A stretch of DNA of 40,009 bases, from positions 1-40,009 of IMG/VR virus record IMGVR_UViG_3300020045_014817. One strand, given 5' to 3'. A program made the position numbers and the translations under genes. The notes under the pieces were generated by a model. It was not told the DNA's origin, did no database searches, and saw only the letters and a list, made by a program, of their open reading frames with translations. This document shows, piece by piece, positions 1 through 11,900 of the stretch. The DNA comes from a virus. Its lineage: Duplodnaviria > Caudoviricetes. The stretch's first letter is position 1; each line of letters opens with the position of its first letter.

Positions 1-1082
1 CAAATAGCAGCGTTATAGTCCATACCTATACGTAAGTTTTCATTACTTGGCGTGTCTGTATCCCACCTGCAATCATCCTTTGTCTTATCATCTAATGATG
101 TAATATAATCTTTATTTAAAGCCACATAACCATGTTTTTCTTTCGAAAGAAGATGATAAAAACAATCCTTAATCTGTTGAGGCAATTCATTCATTACCGA
201 ACTTCTAAACTTTGACAGACTTCTAATCGACTTCTTTAGGTTAGCAAAAACATCTAATCCTAAAGCGTGAAGATTCTCAAGCGTACTGGCGTAGCTCACA
301 TAAACCGCATCTTTTCTATAATCATTCAGCTTACTTTTCAAATATTCTAACTTCTTAACAAACTCACTTTTGTCTTTCCTATCCACCTTCCCCGCTTCTA
401 ATTCTTCTTCTGCTAATGTGATAACTGCTTTCATATTAGCTATTCTATCAATCAAGTCAGGTTTCATCATATCATCGAAGTCGAGTAAATAATATCCTTC
501 AACTTCATCGGGCATATCCGAGACTATCAACACTGACTTATTACAAGATTTACCCGCCCACTCTGCATCTTCATTGCCTCTCAAACACGGCAATATTTCA
601 TTAACTCTTGAAGGCTTCACTTGCTTCCCTTCTTCAATACCTAAGAAATCTATTGAATCTCCATTCTCTAAAGCCTGAAAATTGAATGAGAAAAACTTCA
701 CAACACTTCCATTCCTAAAGAAAATATGATTTTCGCAAACCGCTGGAGGTCGTAACGCTTCTGGAATACCTAAGTGTTTGGGAGGAAATTTATCAATCCA
801 ATAATCACGACCTTCTGCCAAACCCATAATCCGCCATTGTCGTTTAAACTCTGGAATTATTTGTTTCCGTAAGTGTTTGTAAGAATCCGTGCCAACGGCT
901 CCTACACAACCAGGCATCTCACTAATATTTTCAATAATCCAAGTGGGCATCGTTACTGACTTTCCAGTTCCACGTCCCCACAACAATATTGTTATTTTTG
1001 CCCATATCGTGAAAAACAACATCTGTGGAATGTTCCTATGAACATCCACGAAATTCATAACCTTTTCTTTAATATTACTCAT
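1..1082 (-). CDS. terL: Terminase large subunit (partial, runs off left edge; absent from ORF track)
   Basis: Manual translation from ATG 1082 (overlaps upstream stop), open for 360 codons: MSNIKEKVMNF...LLWGRGTGKS (Walker A)...FLGIEEGKQ (Walker B)...LRIGMDYNAAI (nuclease first Asp). Confidence 0.92.
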   Translation of the reverse strand, partial: MSNIKEKVMNFVDVHRNIPQMLFFTIWAKITILLWGRGTGKSVTMPTWIIENISEMPGCVGAVGTDSYKHLRKQIIPEFKRQWRIMGLAEGRDYWIDKFPPKHLGIPEALRPPAVCENHIFFRNGSVVKFFSFNFQALENGDSIDFLGIEEGKQVKPSRVNEILPCLRGNEDAEWAGKSCNKSVLIVSDMPDEVEGYYLLDFDDMMKPDLIDRIANMKAVITLAEEELEAGKVDRKDKSEFVKKLEYLKSKLNDYRKDAVYVSYASTLENLHALGLDVFANLKKSIRSLSKFRSSVMNELPQQIKDCFYHLLSKEKHGYVALNKDYITSLDDKTKDDCRWDTDTPSNENLRIGMDYNAAI

Positions 1083-1722
1083 TTTCCACCTCCTGAAATT
1101 CAACGTCCGAAACATCGAACAATGTTAGTAATGAACTTGCTTTATGATTGCGTGAATCTAATCCCATCGACTTTTCAATAGTTTCAATTTCTTCATACAA
1201 TTCAAATAAAGATTGCTTTACCGTACTTCCTTTTAATAGTTTCGGGTTAAACTGAATACGAATGGTAGGCAAAGGATTAGCAGCGTAATCGAATGAAACA
1301 TTATTCGACTGCATTTTCAATAGCTCAATTTTATTACGTTGAAATAAAGCTGCTTCTTTATAATTCCCGTTTTTAATACATCTTTCAATATGGTCTGAAC
1401 ATTCATTAATTTCAATTTCAATATTCAGTTCTTTCTTTGAAATCGTTGACCCTAAATTGAAATATTGGGTAGCCATATAATAATCAATCCCTGCTTGATA
1501 CAGGGATACACCACATTCTTGAACTAACTTTTTCTTGATAGCTGGGCGGATTTCAAAAGGCTCAAGTTCTGGTTTGGTTGTTTGTAATTCCTTGTAATAA
1601 TCCACAACCATTTGGTATCGTTGTAGAATTCTGCTTTGAGCCTCCGAAATCTTAGGCTTTTTCCCAGCAAGTAATTCTTTGCATATTTCTTCAATACCCG
1701 TTATTTCATCTGCTTTTTTCAT
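1075..1722 (-). CDS. Putative terminase small subunit
   Basis: 215 aa, helical, HTH-like segment (KKKLVQECGVSLYQAGIDY); overlaps the terL start; positional call. Confidence 0.6.
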   Translation of the reverse strand: MKKADEITGIEEICKELLAGKKPKISEAQSRILQRYQMVVDYYKELQTTKPELEPFEIRPAIKKKLVQECGVSLYQAGIDYYMATQYFNLGSTISKKELNIEIEINECSDHIERCIKNGNYKEAALFQRNKIELLKMQSNNVSFDYAANPLPTIRIQFNPKLLKGSTVKQSLFELYEEIETIEKSMGLDSRNHKASSLLTLFDVSDVEFQEVENE

Positions 1723-1727
1723 ATTTG

Positions 1728-2399
1728 TTAGGTCGTAAATTCATCTTCACTACTTTCAATCAATAGTTCTATTTCATTAATTTCAGCTTGTATTTTGGGT
1801 AAATCATCGGGCTTGTATCCTTTCAAACATCTTGATTTATAAGTTCTTAAATTGGTTAATCGCTTTGTCAATGATTCACCTGAAACAATATTTAACTCAA
1901 TAGTTGGCAATTCATAAGGTAATTCACCGTGACGGTTGAAATAATTGGTCTTTATCCAAATTTTTTCAATTTCATCCCAGCTCATCATTAATTCAATCGT
2001 GATTACAGCTTTTTCAATTTCGGTCAAATTTGTCTCTAAAGCAGCATGAAGTCTATTCGTAATTGCATACAGATATTTCCGCCTTTCAACCAACTTTTTA
2101 ACTTCTTCAGGTGCGGTCACATGGTCTGAAGGTGGTACATGGTCTTTTAATATTTGCTTATTCGGTTTTGAGAACAATTTGGGCAAATCACCCCCAACAA
2201 CCTGCTTTTCAACCTGCTTTCTCTCTGGTATAGCACCTTCTAATTTCCCAAGTTCTTCAATCAAAAATTTATGAGAAACAGCGTTTTTACCAGCTTTGAA
2301 TAAATGCTTAAAAACCGTATTTGTTCCATATTTTTCATATAAAACTCTTCCTTTATCGAAGTCCTTTCCAGCCTTTAGCCAATTGGTTATTTCATTCAT
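1728..2399 (-). CDS. Phage hypothetical protein upstream of terminase
   Basis: 223-aa ORF; N-terminal ITNWL...GRVLYEKYG.N pattern recalled from Bacteroidota prophages. Confidence 0.7.
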   Translation of the reverse strand: MNEITNWLKAGKDFDKGRVLYEKYGTNTVFKHLFKAGKNAVSHKFLIEELGKLEGAIPERKQVEKQVVGGDLPKLFSKPNKQILKDHVPPSDHVTAPEEVKKLVERRKYLYAITNRLHAALETNLTEIEKAVITIELMMSWDEIEKIWIKTNYFNRHGELPYELPTIELNIVSGESLTKRLTNLRTYKSRCLKGYKPDDLPKIQAEINEIELLIESSEDEFTT

Positions 2400-2407
2400 G
2401 TTTCAAC

Positions 2408-2436
2408 AAAAAAGGCAGGCAAATTGCCCGCCTTTT
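2408..2436 (-). terminator. Intrinsic terminator/attenuator between tail tube gene and packaging genes
   Basis: + strand aaaaggcaggcaa-a-ttgcccgcctttt; U-tract follows on the - strand. Confidence 0.6.
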
Positions 2437-2461
2437 ATTTGTGGTTAGGATTGTGTTTTTA

Positions 2462-2986
2462 CTAAGTGGCGGAAGGAATCACCATCGCTGAATCAATGAT
2501 ATTGACACCCACGTGCGGAACTGTCATTTTCACCGTTAATGAACCGTCAGCCGTTTTCGACTCTGAACTACTCATCATGGCAGGAAAACCTTTCGTTCCA
2601 ATTCGCTGACGTTTCCCGTTCGCATCAACCGCAATAATGCAAAGTTGAGAAGTACGGTAAGTATGTCTGAAACCTTCTGCCTCTGAAGAGTTCATAAAGT
2701 TTAAATCGAATTCATTTTCGTAGCTCCCATTTGCTCCCGTTTTTGAAGTTAATTCGGGCGTTTTTGAACAACGAATCGTTGAAAATCCTTTTCCGACTGC
2801 AAAGGTAAAATTACCAGTTGCTGAAATATTTTCGGTTAGCGTACTTGTGGCAGTTACTTCATTGGCAACTGGTTCAGTTAGGATGTCATCCGCTAAACAG
2901 TACATCAGTAAAACCGCTAAACCTGGAGTATGGTTAGTATCGGCGTGAGATACTGGCTTTACGGGTGGTTTAAATGTAGTTGGCAT
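2462..2986 (-). CDS. Major tail tube protein (putative)
   Basis: 174 aa, beta-rich; PGL...GNFTF..GKGF...IIAVDANGKRQRIG...P pattern as recalled for Bacteroidota phage tail tubes; lies in the capsid operon. Confidence 0.65.
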   Translation of the reverse strand: MPTTFKPPVKPVSHADTNHTPGLAVLLMYCLADDILTEPVANEVTATSTLTENISATGNFTFAVGKGFSTIRCSKTPELTSKTGANGSYENEFDLNFMNSSEAEGFRHTYRTSQLCIIAVDANGKRQRIGTKGFPAMMSSSESKTADGSLTVKMTVPHVGVNIIDSAMVIPSAT

Positions 2987-3031
2987 TGTTTTTTGAAATT
3001 AAAAGTTGAACAATAATTAAATTTGGAAGAA

Positions 3032-3400
3032 CTATTCTTCTACTTCCAATAAACCAGCCTTTACATATTTCTCAACCATCACCGCCGTAAAATCTTCAAT
3101 TTTCACTGAAACGCCATCTTCGAGAATACTTTTGATAGTTTGATTTTCTTCTGTAACTACATAAGTTATCCCATCAATTTCAACCGATGATTTCGTTTTA
3201 TCAACTGGCTTTTCCAATTTTGCCGAAAGTTGTTCAATGATTATGCCTTGTGTAGCAACAAGCTCTAATGCTTCATCTCGCTCATCTTCGGCCTTTCTTT
3301 TTGCCTCAATTAACTCAGCAACATTAACCGTTTCTGTTGTTTTTTCTCCCGAAACTGGAGTATTTTGAAGAACTAATTCTTCCGTTTTTTCCTTACCCAT
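3032..3400 (-). CDS. Hypothetical structural protein after capsid gene (probable start MGKEK at 3400)
   Basis: Acidic coiled-coil ORF; the track start at 3430 lies inside hairpin 3418-3442. Confidence 0.65.
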   Translation of the reverse strand: MGKEKTEELVLQNTPVSGEKTTETVNVAELIEAKRKAEDERDEALELVATQGIIIEQLSAKLEKPVDKTKSSVEIDGITYVVTEENQTIKSILEDGVSVKIEDFTAVMVEKYVKAGLLEVEE

Positions 3401-3417
3401 TTTTTTGAAATTTTGAA

Positions 3418-3442
3418 GTGGGCTAACCAATCGTTAGCCCAC
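3418..3442 (-). promoter_or_regulatory. Stem-loop downstream of major capsid gene
   Basis: gtgggctaac-caatc-gttagcccac, perfect 10-bp stem. Confidence 0.5.
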
Positions 3443-3484
3443 GGTGTCTTGTTTTTTATCTATCTATATTTACGGGGCATCAAC

Positions 3485-4483
3485 CTATACAACCAGGTCT
3501 ACATTGTTTGTCATCACGTATTCTGGCACCCAGAACCCTCTACCCTTCCAGAAATCAGTAAAGGCACTGAATTGACGTTTATAAGACTCAATTTTAAAAA
3601 CTTTTTCGTTCGCTGGATTCTTGATTCTCAACGCACTATTTTTCTTAATAGTGGTATAAATCTTGTTAGAACCATCTAAAGCACGCAATCCTGGAATCAC
3701 CACACCTTCTTCATTGGTATAACTTGCAATTCTCAATGATGGCATATTATGGATAGCCAATTTGTCTTCAACTCTCGCATAAGACTTATTGTAAAGCGAA
3801 TCCATACCGTCAACAAATAACTTTCCTAAAGTAGTATTCAAACGGATTGGTTCAAACTTACCAATCAATGCCTTAGGCATACGATTAGCAAAATCCTCCA
3901 TATACTTCACAAACAATTCTGCGTCAGTCGTTGGTGGATTACCCATAATAAAAGGTGAAATTCTACCATTGGCAATATGACGGTTAATGATCACCTTATC
4001 ACCATCCATTGCCGCACCAGCCGCACCAGCAACGCCAGCAGTAGGAGCTACATATTTCCCGTGGTAAGCAACTTCCAATTCATATTCCTCTTCCATTTGT
4101 GGCATGATTTCATTTTCTAACCACCAACGCACAAATGGCCATTTGGCTCGATCTAATTCATCTATACCAGCAAGAAATCCTAACCAGCTTTCTTCTAAAG
4201 AATCTACCTCTTCTTCTACGTCAGCTTTTAACTTGAACATTCCAATTTCTTCAATTTTGAATGTTGATGTTCCCTTCTTGGTAAAAGCAGGCTGATAGGC
4301 TTGTAATACCGAACTGGTAGAAACAGTTGCTTTTCTTGCAATTGTATCCGTAGTAGGTAACGAATCAGTGACTAACATATCCAACTCTTTTCTTTGACGA
4401 AATTTATGTTGGATGTCTTTAACGCCCTGACCGTTGTTAATGTAGTGTTCGCCTAATTCGGCAACAATGTCTGTAATATCCAT
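3485..4483 (-). CDS. Major capsid protein
   Basis: 332 aa directly after the S49 protease; VLQAYQPAFTKKG...SWLGFL...KWPFVRW..E..MPQ..EEYE pattern of Bacteroidota phage capsids. Confidence 0.8.
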   Translation of the reverse strand: MDITDIVAELGEHYINNGQGVKDIQHKFRQRKELDMLVTDSLPTTDTIARKATVSTSSVLQAYQPAFTKKGTSTFKIEEIGMFKLKADVEEEVDSLEESWLGFLAGIDELDRAKWPFVRWWLENEIMPQMEEEYELEVAYHGKYVAPTAGVAGAAGAAMDGDKVIINRHIANGRISPFIMGNPPTTDAELFVKYMEDFANRMPKALIGKFEPIRLNTTLGKLFVDGMDSLYNKSYARVEDKLAIHNMPSLRIASYTNEEGVVIPGLRALDGSNKIYTTIKKNSALRIKNPANEKVFKIESYKRQFSAFTDFWKGRGFWVPEYVMTNNVDLVV

Positions 4484-4533
4484 TTTAGTGGGTTTTATAA
4501 GGTTATTTAAAGGTTAAACTTTATATTTTCAGA

Positions 4534-5847
4534 CTACGAAAGAAGTCCTAAAGCTCTCGCTTTCGCAACGTGTTCAGCCTTGCTTTTTGTCCAATCTTTT
4601 TTATCCGTAGCGATCGGAGATTTCTCCTGATTTCCAACTGGTAAAACTCTTGTAGGAGCTTTAGCAGGCATCTGATTCCCTTTAGCTTCTGCTTTTGCTA
4701 ATTTTGCATTCAATTCAGCAATAATTGCATCCTTGTCTTCTGCTTCAGCTTCTGTTTCGGTAGTTTCTTCCGTTACTTCTTCTTCCGTTTCAGCTGCTTC
4801 TTCTTCGGTAGATTCCGTATTTTCGTCAGAAGTTTCTTCTACTTCATCAGGGCCTGCAAAAAATTCTTTCATGTGCGACATGAAAGAACTTACAGTTCTT
4901 TGTTTCTTAGCCATTTGTACGTATTTATTTGGGGTTAAATTATTAGTGTCGGCACTTAATTCTAATACTTTTTCGTAGGCATCTTCTAAAGTTCCAATCT
5001 GGTCCATAATGCCGTGGATCATCGCTTCAATAGCCGTAAAGTCAGCACCTTGCAAGGCTTCCTTTGAGATATTTGGACGTTGAGCCTTCTCAAAATCCAT
5101 GAATGTTTCATCAAGTTTGAACAAAATCCCATCTGTCAATCCCGAAAAATCGCCTTCTTTAGCAAGTCGATGAGCATTGTTTTTTAATGGTGATGTCTTT
5201 GAGTAAATATCCTGAACATCAATTCCCATTTCTTTGTAATAATTAGTATAATCTACATAAGTAGTCATAACGCCAATAGAACCACATAAACAGTTTTCTG
5301 AAGTAGCCATCAACCAAGCAGAAGAACAGGCAATAAAATCCATTGCTGAACATCGCATTCCTTCCGTTAATGAAACGATTGGTTTTGGATAGCTTAACTT
5401 ATAATCTGCTAACTCTTTTGTTCCCAAAACAGCCCCACCGCCAGAATCGCAAAGCTCAATGATACCCTTAATTTTGGTGTCTTTTTTCGCTAATTCGTAC
5501 CACGACATTATTGTTTTCGTTCCCGCATTTCCACAATAATCATCCTTCATTATGGCACCCTGAATATTGATGACCAATACATTATCATTCAATAAAACTG
5601 GTGGATATGAATAGTACCAACTTTCTACGTATGGGGTAGTAGTAAATGCCGAAAACTGCGACAAATAACGCTGTCTGTTTTCCTGCTTTTGTTCTTCGCT
5701 TTCCTCAAAATCATCATCATAAAACGATTTTAAATCAGTCGTCATCAACTTGACTACTTGAGGGAAATACGCATTTGCCGACGACTTTGAAATGTGCATC
5801 GGTGCGGAATTTATGGCGTGGATAAGATGGAAATTGCGATGTTTCAT
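4534..5847 (-). CDS. S49 (SppA/ClpP-like) prohead maturation protease with acidic C-terminal scaffold region
   Basis: DSGGGAV, CSAMDFIA (catalytic Ser), GSIGV motifs; E/T-rich tail. Confidence 0.9.
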   Translation of the reverse strand: MKHRNFHLIHAINSAPMHISKSSANAYFPQVVKLMTTDLKSFYDDDFEESEEQKQENRQRYLSQFSAFTTTPYVESWYYSYPPVLLNDNVLVINIQGAIMKDDYCGNAGTKTIMSWYELAKKDTKIKGIIELCDSGGGAVLGTKELADYKLSYPKPIVSLTEGMRCSAMDFIACSSAWLMATSENCLCGSIGVMTTYVDYTNYYKEMGIDVQDIYSKTSPLKNNAHRLAKEGDFSGLTDGILFKLDETFMDFEKAQRPNISKEALQGADFTAIEAMIHGIMDQIGTLEDAYEKVLELSADTNNLTPNKYVQMAKKQRTVSSFMSHMKEFFAGPDEVEETSDENTESTEEEAAETEEEVTEETTETEAEAEDKDAIIAELNAKLAKAEAKGNQMPAKAPTRVLPVGNQEKSPIATDKKDWTKSKAEHVAKARALGLLS

Positions 5848-5851
5848 GTTC

Positions 5852-5886
5852 CAAAATTTGGCAAAAAAACAAGGTGATTAAAGGAC
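5852..5886 (-). promoter_or_regulatory. Putative late promoter P1 GTCCTTT-N20-AAATTTTG, 4 nt before the protease ATG
   Basis: One of four identically spaced intergenic copies. Confidence 0.75.
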
Positions 5887-5919
5887 TATAATTCCATTCA
5901 ATCAACTTGTTTTTTTCTT

Positions 5920-8900
5920 TTAATTTGTAGGCACTTCTGCAGCTTTTGCTTTGATTTCTGCTACCGTACCGAGCGTGAAATACACATTGTCCACTCGGAC
6001 ACGTTTGAGATTTGTGTCTATCGAAGGTGGGCTGTCTAAAAATTCTACAATCGTTACGGCATCATCTTTATCGTCGGCTTGATTTTCGTTAACAATGTTT
6101 TTCCGTTCCGAACGTACATATCCGATATTTTTATTAATAATACCGAGGGTGAAATTTTGCGATGGTGCTTCTATAGCTGCCCAGCCATTGCTGGGGTATA
6201 GATTTGTAAAAGATGGTGTTGTGGTATTCTTTGGATTAGTAGGTAAATCCTGTGTAATATCCTGTGAATTGTTTTGGTCAGGAAGTCTGCCATAAGTATG
6301 AATTTTTGTAAAGAACTTATTCATGTGAAGCGTTGGAATAGACCACCCGTCAAAACTTAGCTGTCCATCTGTAGGGACAAATCTTTGATTGTCGGTACGT
6401 TCCGAAGTATAGGTATAGGTAGCTTTTAGGCTATTCCCTTCCAATTTGTATAGAACTTCCATTGTGATTTCAGATATATGACCGTCTATCCCCCAAACAA
6501 GTGGCTTGAATTTGAGGTAATATCCGTCTGATGTTGCATAATAATTAAGCAGCGTTGGAACGTTTCGGAAGTCATCCCCGCCAAGTGTTGTGTTGTACCC
6601 ATTGTTTGGGAAATGCACCGATGTTGTCTTACCTGGAACAGAGAAATTAGTTGGCTTTTGGTAGTAATCAGGTTGAATTTGGCGTCCGATACCGCCGTCA
6701 TTTGCATTATTTACAACATTAATCGTACTTCCTGCCTTCGAGAAATACGTAATTGCACCGCCACCACGTAGCGAAATCCCTACTTTCATTACGCTATTTT
6801 CGAGATATACATTATCATCAAAATTTAAGTAATATCTACTAATTATATCTGGACTTCCTGTTGAAGAACGATAATGGTTTATTGGTTGGTTAGGTTCTGT
6901 AATAGTTACAGAACCTACAGGAACAGTTGGTGAAGGTGAAGGTGTAGTTACATTTGCAAGCCCTAACATACTAACCATACGGTCAACAATTGTTTTTGTA
7001 GATGCTGCATCAAAATGAAGTCCATCCGCTTGAGCGGATAATCCTGAATTACTAATTGAAAAATTGAGGGATGGGTTATCATTAACGATATTGTCAATAG
7101 CTGAATTCAAGTAGGTCCCGTATGAATTAATGAATTTTGTCATACAGATTTTCGTATTCGCTCCTGTTAAGTTCCTAATATTTGCAAAGTTGGCCAATGT
7201 TGCCGCTTGCCAATATGCTGCACCTGATAAACCTGGGAAATGTGTTGGGTCGTTTAGAGGTTGATTGTAAGAAATAGCATTATTGATTCCTTGCGAGTAC
7301 ATAACGTAAAAAATTGGCGTTTTACCTTCGGCAATTACTGCCGCTTTTGCAGCCAGAATTTTTGTCTGTAATTGTGGCCAATAGCCTTCTGCAAAATCAG
7401 TATTGAATTGACCAATTAACGCTCCGCCTTGGCCTGTTTGCACAATGCGAATATCTCTGTTGATTGTTCCGTTTTGGCGAAGGTTAGCAAGTTGTACTTC
7501 CCAACCCCAACCATCTGCAATTCGAGCATTTTGGTTGAGGGTTGTATTGGTAGGAACATTCATTTGCTCGAATGTATTATTATTACTATTCCAGATTTTC
7601 ACACCTGAACGGACTCCATAGTCACCTGCTGACGCAGTTTCTGCGGCATTTTTGGGTATTGCGTTGGATTCTCCTACAAATACAATAAGCTGTACAGTTT
7701 CAGTATTTGAGTTAGCAGTAATACTAATAGTATTACTGCTTGAAGACGTTACAGAGTTTGAAGTACAAGTAGCAAAATAGCTATTATTTGCGGTTGGATT
7801 AGTTACAGTGTAAGTTAGTCCAGTTGCTACATTAGCATCAGATAGCCACCATTTTACGGTACCTGAACATCCTGAAGCTGTAAATGTTACTGAAGTTCCT
7901 TCAACAGGTACTGTTGGATTTGAAGCAATAGAAGGTGCATTGACATTTACCGAGCTACTTCCAGCTGCTAAATCAATGAGATTATAATAGAAATCCTTAG
8001 CGGCATCAGGCAAATTTGATAATGAAGTATTTGCGTAGGCAGGGTCAGTTGTATCCCACATATCAGCCGTAATGTCTAAATATCTCCAATTACCATTGTA
8101 GTTGATTCTAAGTTTACAAGCCTTTAATTCGGTGTTTTCAGGACGTGCCAAAAACACTGCCCACACGCCATCATTTGTGATACATTGTGCGTGTGGGATT
8201 GAAGTTTGAGACATGATATAATCCACGCCTTTTTCTTGCTTCCATGTTGTACCTCCATCGTAAGAAATTTCAGCAGTCCAAAGTTTAAAGTCAAATGAAT
8301 CAAATTTATCAACGAATGAAACATTACCTTGACTTAATGATTTTTGTTGATTAATCAAGTTTATTGCAAATAAATCTCCGTTATAGCCGTCAATATTTTT
8401 ATTCGCAGTATTTCTATCCCAGTGATAATAGTAGGATCCTTCAAATGCGGTAAACATTGTTTTCATGAAGGCAAGGTCACGTGGTAGGTGCTTTGCTTGT
8501 AAGTCTTCATTTGTTACATAAGTACTACCATTGTCAAAGGTAGTTAACCCAATATTCCCTCTATCACAAAGTGTTTTGGCAAGGGTAACAAATCGTCTAT
8601 CGTTAAAATTTTTGCGTAAATGCCATTTGCGTACCTGAGTAGAATATATTGTATGGGCAATAATATGCTCTGCATTCCTATTTACTCCAAATTTGTTTGT
8701 TGTTCGGTGTAATGATTTGTTATTATTGTCGTAATAAATTTCTTCGCCTTGGTGAAATGCTGCTGAAGCATAACAAGAAATTTCAGAAGATTCCCACGCA
8801 TTTGGGTAATCAATTAATCCCTTATTATTAATCCCTCTTGAAGTAATTGTTACCTTATTAGCAGGATTCCAAGCGGCATTAATTACATTATTTGCTTCGT

Positions 8901-11900
8901 TGGTAGGAGTACCGTCTAAATTTATATGCGTAGATGGATAACCGCCATTTACATAGTCAAGTGGATAATGCGAACGGTCAGGGAATACTCCATTAATTGC
9001 CTGATTATACATCGAAACGGCGGCACCCATAGTATTATCTGCCATACCAATAACAATTGGTATTTCTTCAAAACGGCCATGCTCGCCATTTTCCACGTCG
9101 GTTACAGAGAAACCCGTGTTTGATTTATTTCCAACCTTATCACCATATCCAAATATGTCAGCATTTGTATATGATACACCTTCGTCATAATATCGTTCAA
9201 GACTCCATCCATTCATGGATAAAGCAGTTCCCCCTTCGGCTTTGACACGATATTGAAATGGGCGTGATGAGGTGAAATTATCAACGGACTTTCCACACTC
9301 AGGATCATTTCCGTCTGTCCAAGGTAAACCCGTATTGGGATTTGCGTACAAAATGAAATCCTGACAACGGATACCATCTCCTTCCTGATTAAGCAGCCAT
9401 GGTTTGATGTCTGTTGGTGATGAAATACCTAAGTCCCAAGTTCTTTTGTTCGCTGCTACAAAATTTGTAAGTTTTGAATGCCAAATAATTGGGTATTTAG
9501 CTATTTGGCGGGTCGCATCCCAAGATTTTAATTTTGTCCCAATTGTAGGAAAAGCAGCTACAGAAAATTTATCTGTTTGGGTTTCTATAGCAATTGTTTT
9601 CAGGTAGTTTGTGCCGAATGTAATTGACGGTGGCGTAGTCGTTCCGCCAACTGATTGAATAATAATTTCAGTAGAAAATGCAGAAGAAATAGAACCTTCT
9701 TTACATTTTGCCTTGTAACTATCGTTCAAAACAGCACTAATAATATCAATCGTTAATCCCGATGAAACATACGTATTATTCTTATACCAATCTACCGTAT
9801 TGCTACAATTGGTAGCGGTAAGTGTCATATTTGCACCCACAACGGAAGGAATAACGCTACTTGTAATTTCAGGAGCTTGTAACGTTCCCGTAGCCGTAAA
9901 CGCTTTTGAAGCCTGACCTTGACATGATATTCCGTTCAAAACGAGGGTATAAGCTCCAGACAAATTTCCTAAATCGAAGGTTTGTGGATTTGAAACTACA
10001 GTGCTGTTAAATTCCTTAACAAGTACATTAGAAGAATTTTTGACCTGTATATTAACATTACTTAGATTATTGGCATTGAATTGAACCGAATAATTATTGC
10101 CAGTTCCTTGCGTTACCGAAAGAATATCAAATGTCGAACCGTTGATACACGATGGATTATTATTGACCACTGTGAAAGTTTTGGAAGCAGTACCGTTACA
10201 ACTTAACCCAACAAAATCAAGCGTATAAGTACCTGATGAGAGAACGCCAGCATTAATTACGGTAGGATTTGAAGTGACTGAGTGCGTGTAAGAACGTTGT
10301 TCTACACCTGCCGCATTCTTAATTTTTACGGTGGCGGATGACAAGTTAGCGGCATTGAAAGCAACCGAGTAAATTGTTCCTGTAGTAGCGGTTACGCTTG
10401 CAATATCGAAGCTACTGCCATTTTTACACGATAACAATCCATTATTATTGCCAATGGTGATGGTAGATGACAATGTCGAAACTTTTCCATTTATAGTACA
10501 TTTTGCCGCATATACCGTACCCGAAACAGCATTGGTAATGCTTAGGCTTGCTCCTGCTCCTACACCAACATTATTAGCAAACCAATTGACTGAACCCGCA
10601 CAACCAGTTGCGGAGAATGTTACGTTATTGCCTGCTACGGGAGTAGAAGGTACTGAGGCAATTGTAGGAGGGTTAGGCGTTTGGGTCACAAAAGATATTT
10701 GCCCACCGAGATGGCCACGGAATCGGGCTTCTGCTATGTAGTTGGAGGTGGTTGACCCAACGCCCAATGTCTTATAATAAGTTTTCCCCCAATTATTTGT
10801 TACATTTTGGACGGTCGAAATCGTAGTCCAAACTGGATTCATACTTGCGGTTTTCGAATATTCAGCGGTGATGTTATTACCGATTTTTCGGAGACGAACC
10901 CAGATTGGAACACTCAAACTATCAAGTGTCTTTATTACGGTTGTAGCTAAGTTCTTAGTGCTTCTTTGTTGCAAAATCAACTTTGAAGGTGTCACCAAAA
11001 CGCTTATATTAGGCTCATTTCGGGCTGTATCTTTCTGGAAACTAATACTTGCATGAGCATTAATAGCGTTCGACGGATTATTGAAATCAGAAATATAGCT
11101 TTGCCAAGTCACATTCGTGGCAGTTTCAACGTGTCTGCTCTGAGTATCATAATCTCTTGTACCACCTTTACTATTTGTTCCAGCAATTATCCAATTGTCC
11201 TTATAATTAGCCAATAGCTTCACGTATGTTTCAACTCTTTCTGACCCTGCTGGAACAGCACTCAAATAATGAATAATATCTTCACTTGCCGAACAAGTTT
11301 TTCCAACTCCGTCAACTCTTATAGAATAAGTAGCAGAAGTAATACCATCAAGATTAATCGTGAAACTTGAAGCAGTTTGCGATAATCCAGAAACGTCATT
11401 TAAATTAGAACTATACTTATACGAACTAACACCCGAAAAATTTACATTTACTTTATAGCTATTCGTTCCAGGTATTTTGTCAATTGATGGAATACTAATA
11501 CTACACCTTTCAGAAGCTAAAACGTGTTCAACTGAATAAATAGCAGAACAAACTTTTGTGGTACTTTCAAAAACTACTCTATAAGTTCCCGTAGGCACAC
11601 CAGTAAGGTCTATTTGTTCCTTATTGTCATCGGCGGGCGGTGTCGTACCTTGTTTTACTATTGCGAGGTCAGGCAAGCGTAAAACCTTATAGTTGAATGG
11701 GTTAATATTATTATTTGGAGAACTTAATGTTACATCATATATATTTATACCCGTTGATGCTGTCTTGATGTCGGTAATACTTAATAGACAATAATCAACA
11801 CCTGCAGCAATATTCACCGTTACTGTTTGTTCTCCAATAATTGTTGTTCCGTTTAACACTTCATACTTAAAAGTATAAATACCAGGATTTGCACCTGCCT

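Noticed and set aside
5920-6200. T9SS C-terminal sorting domain on the giant protein
   Set aside because: No YPNP...G.Y...K-type motif at the C-terminus
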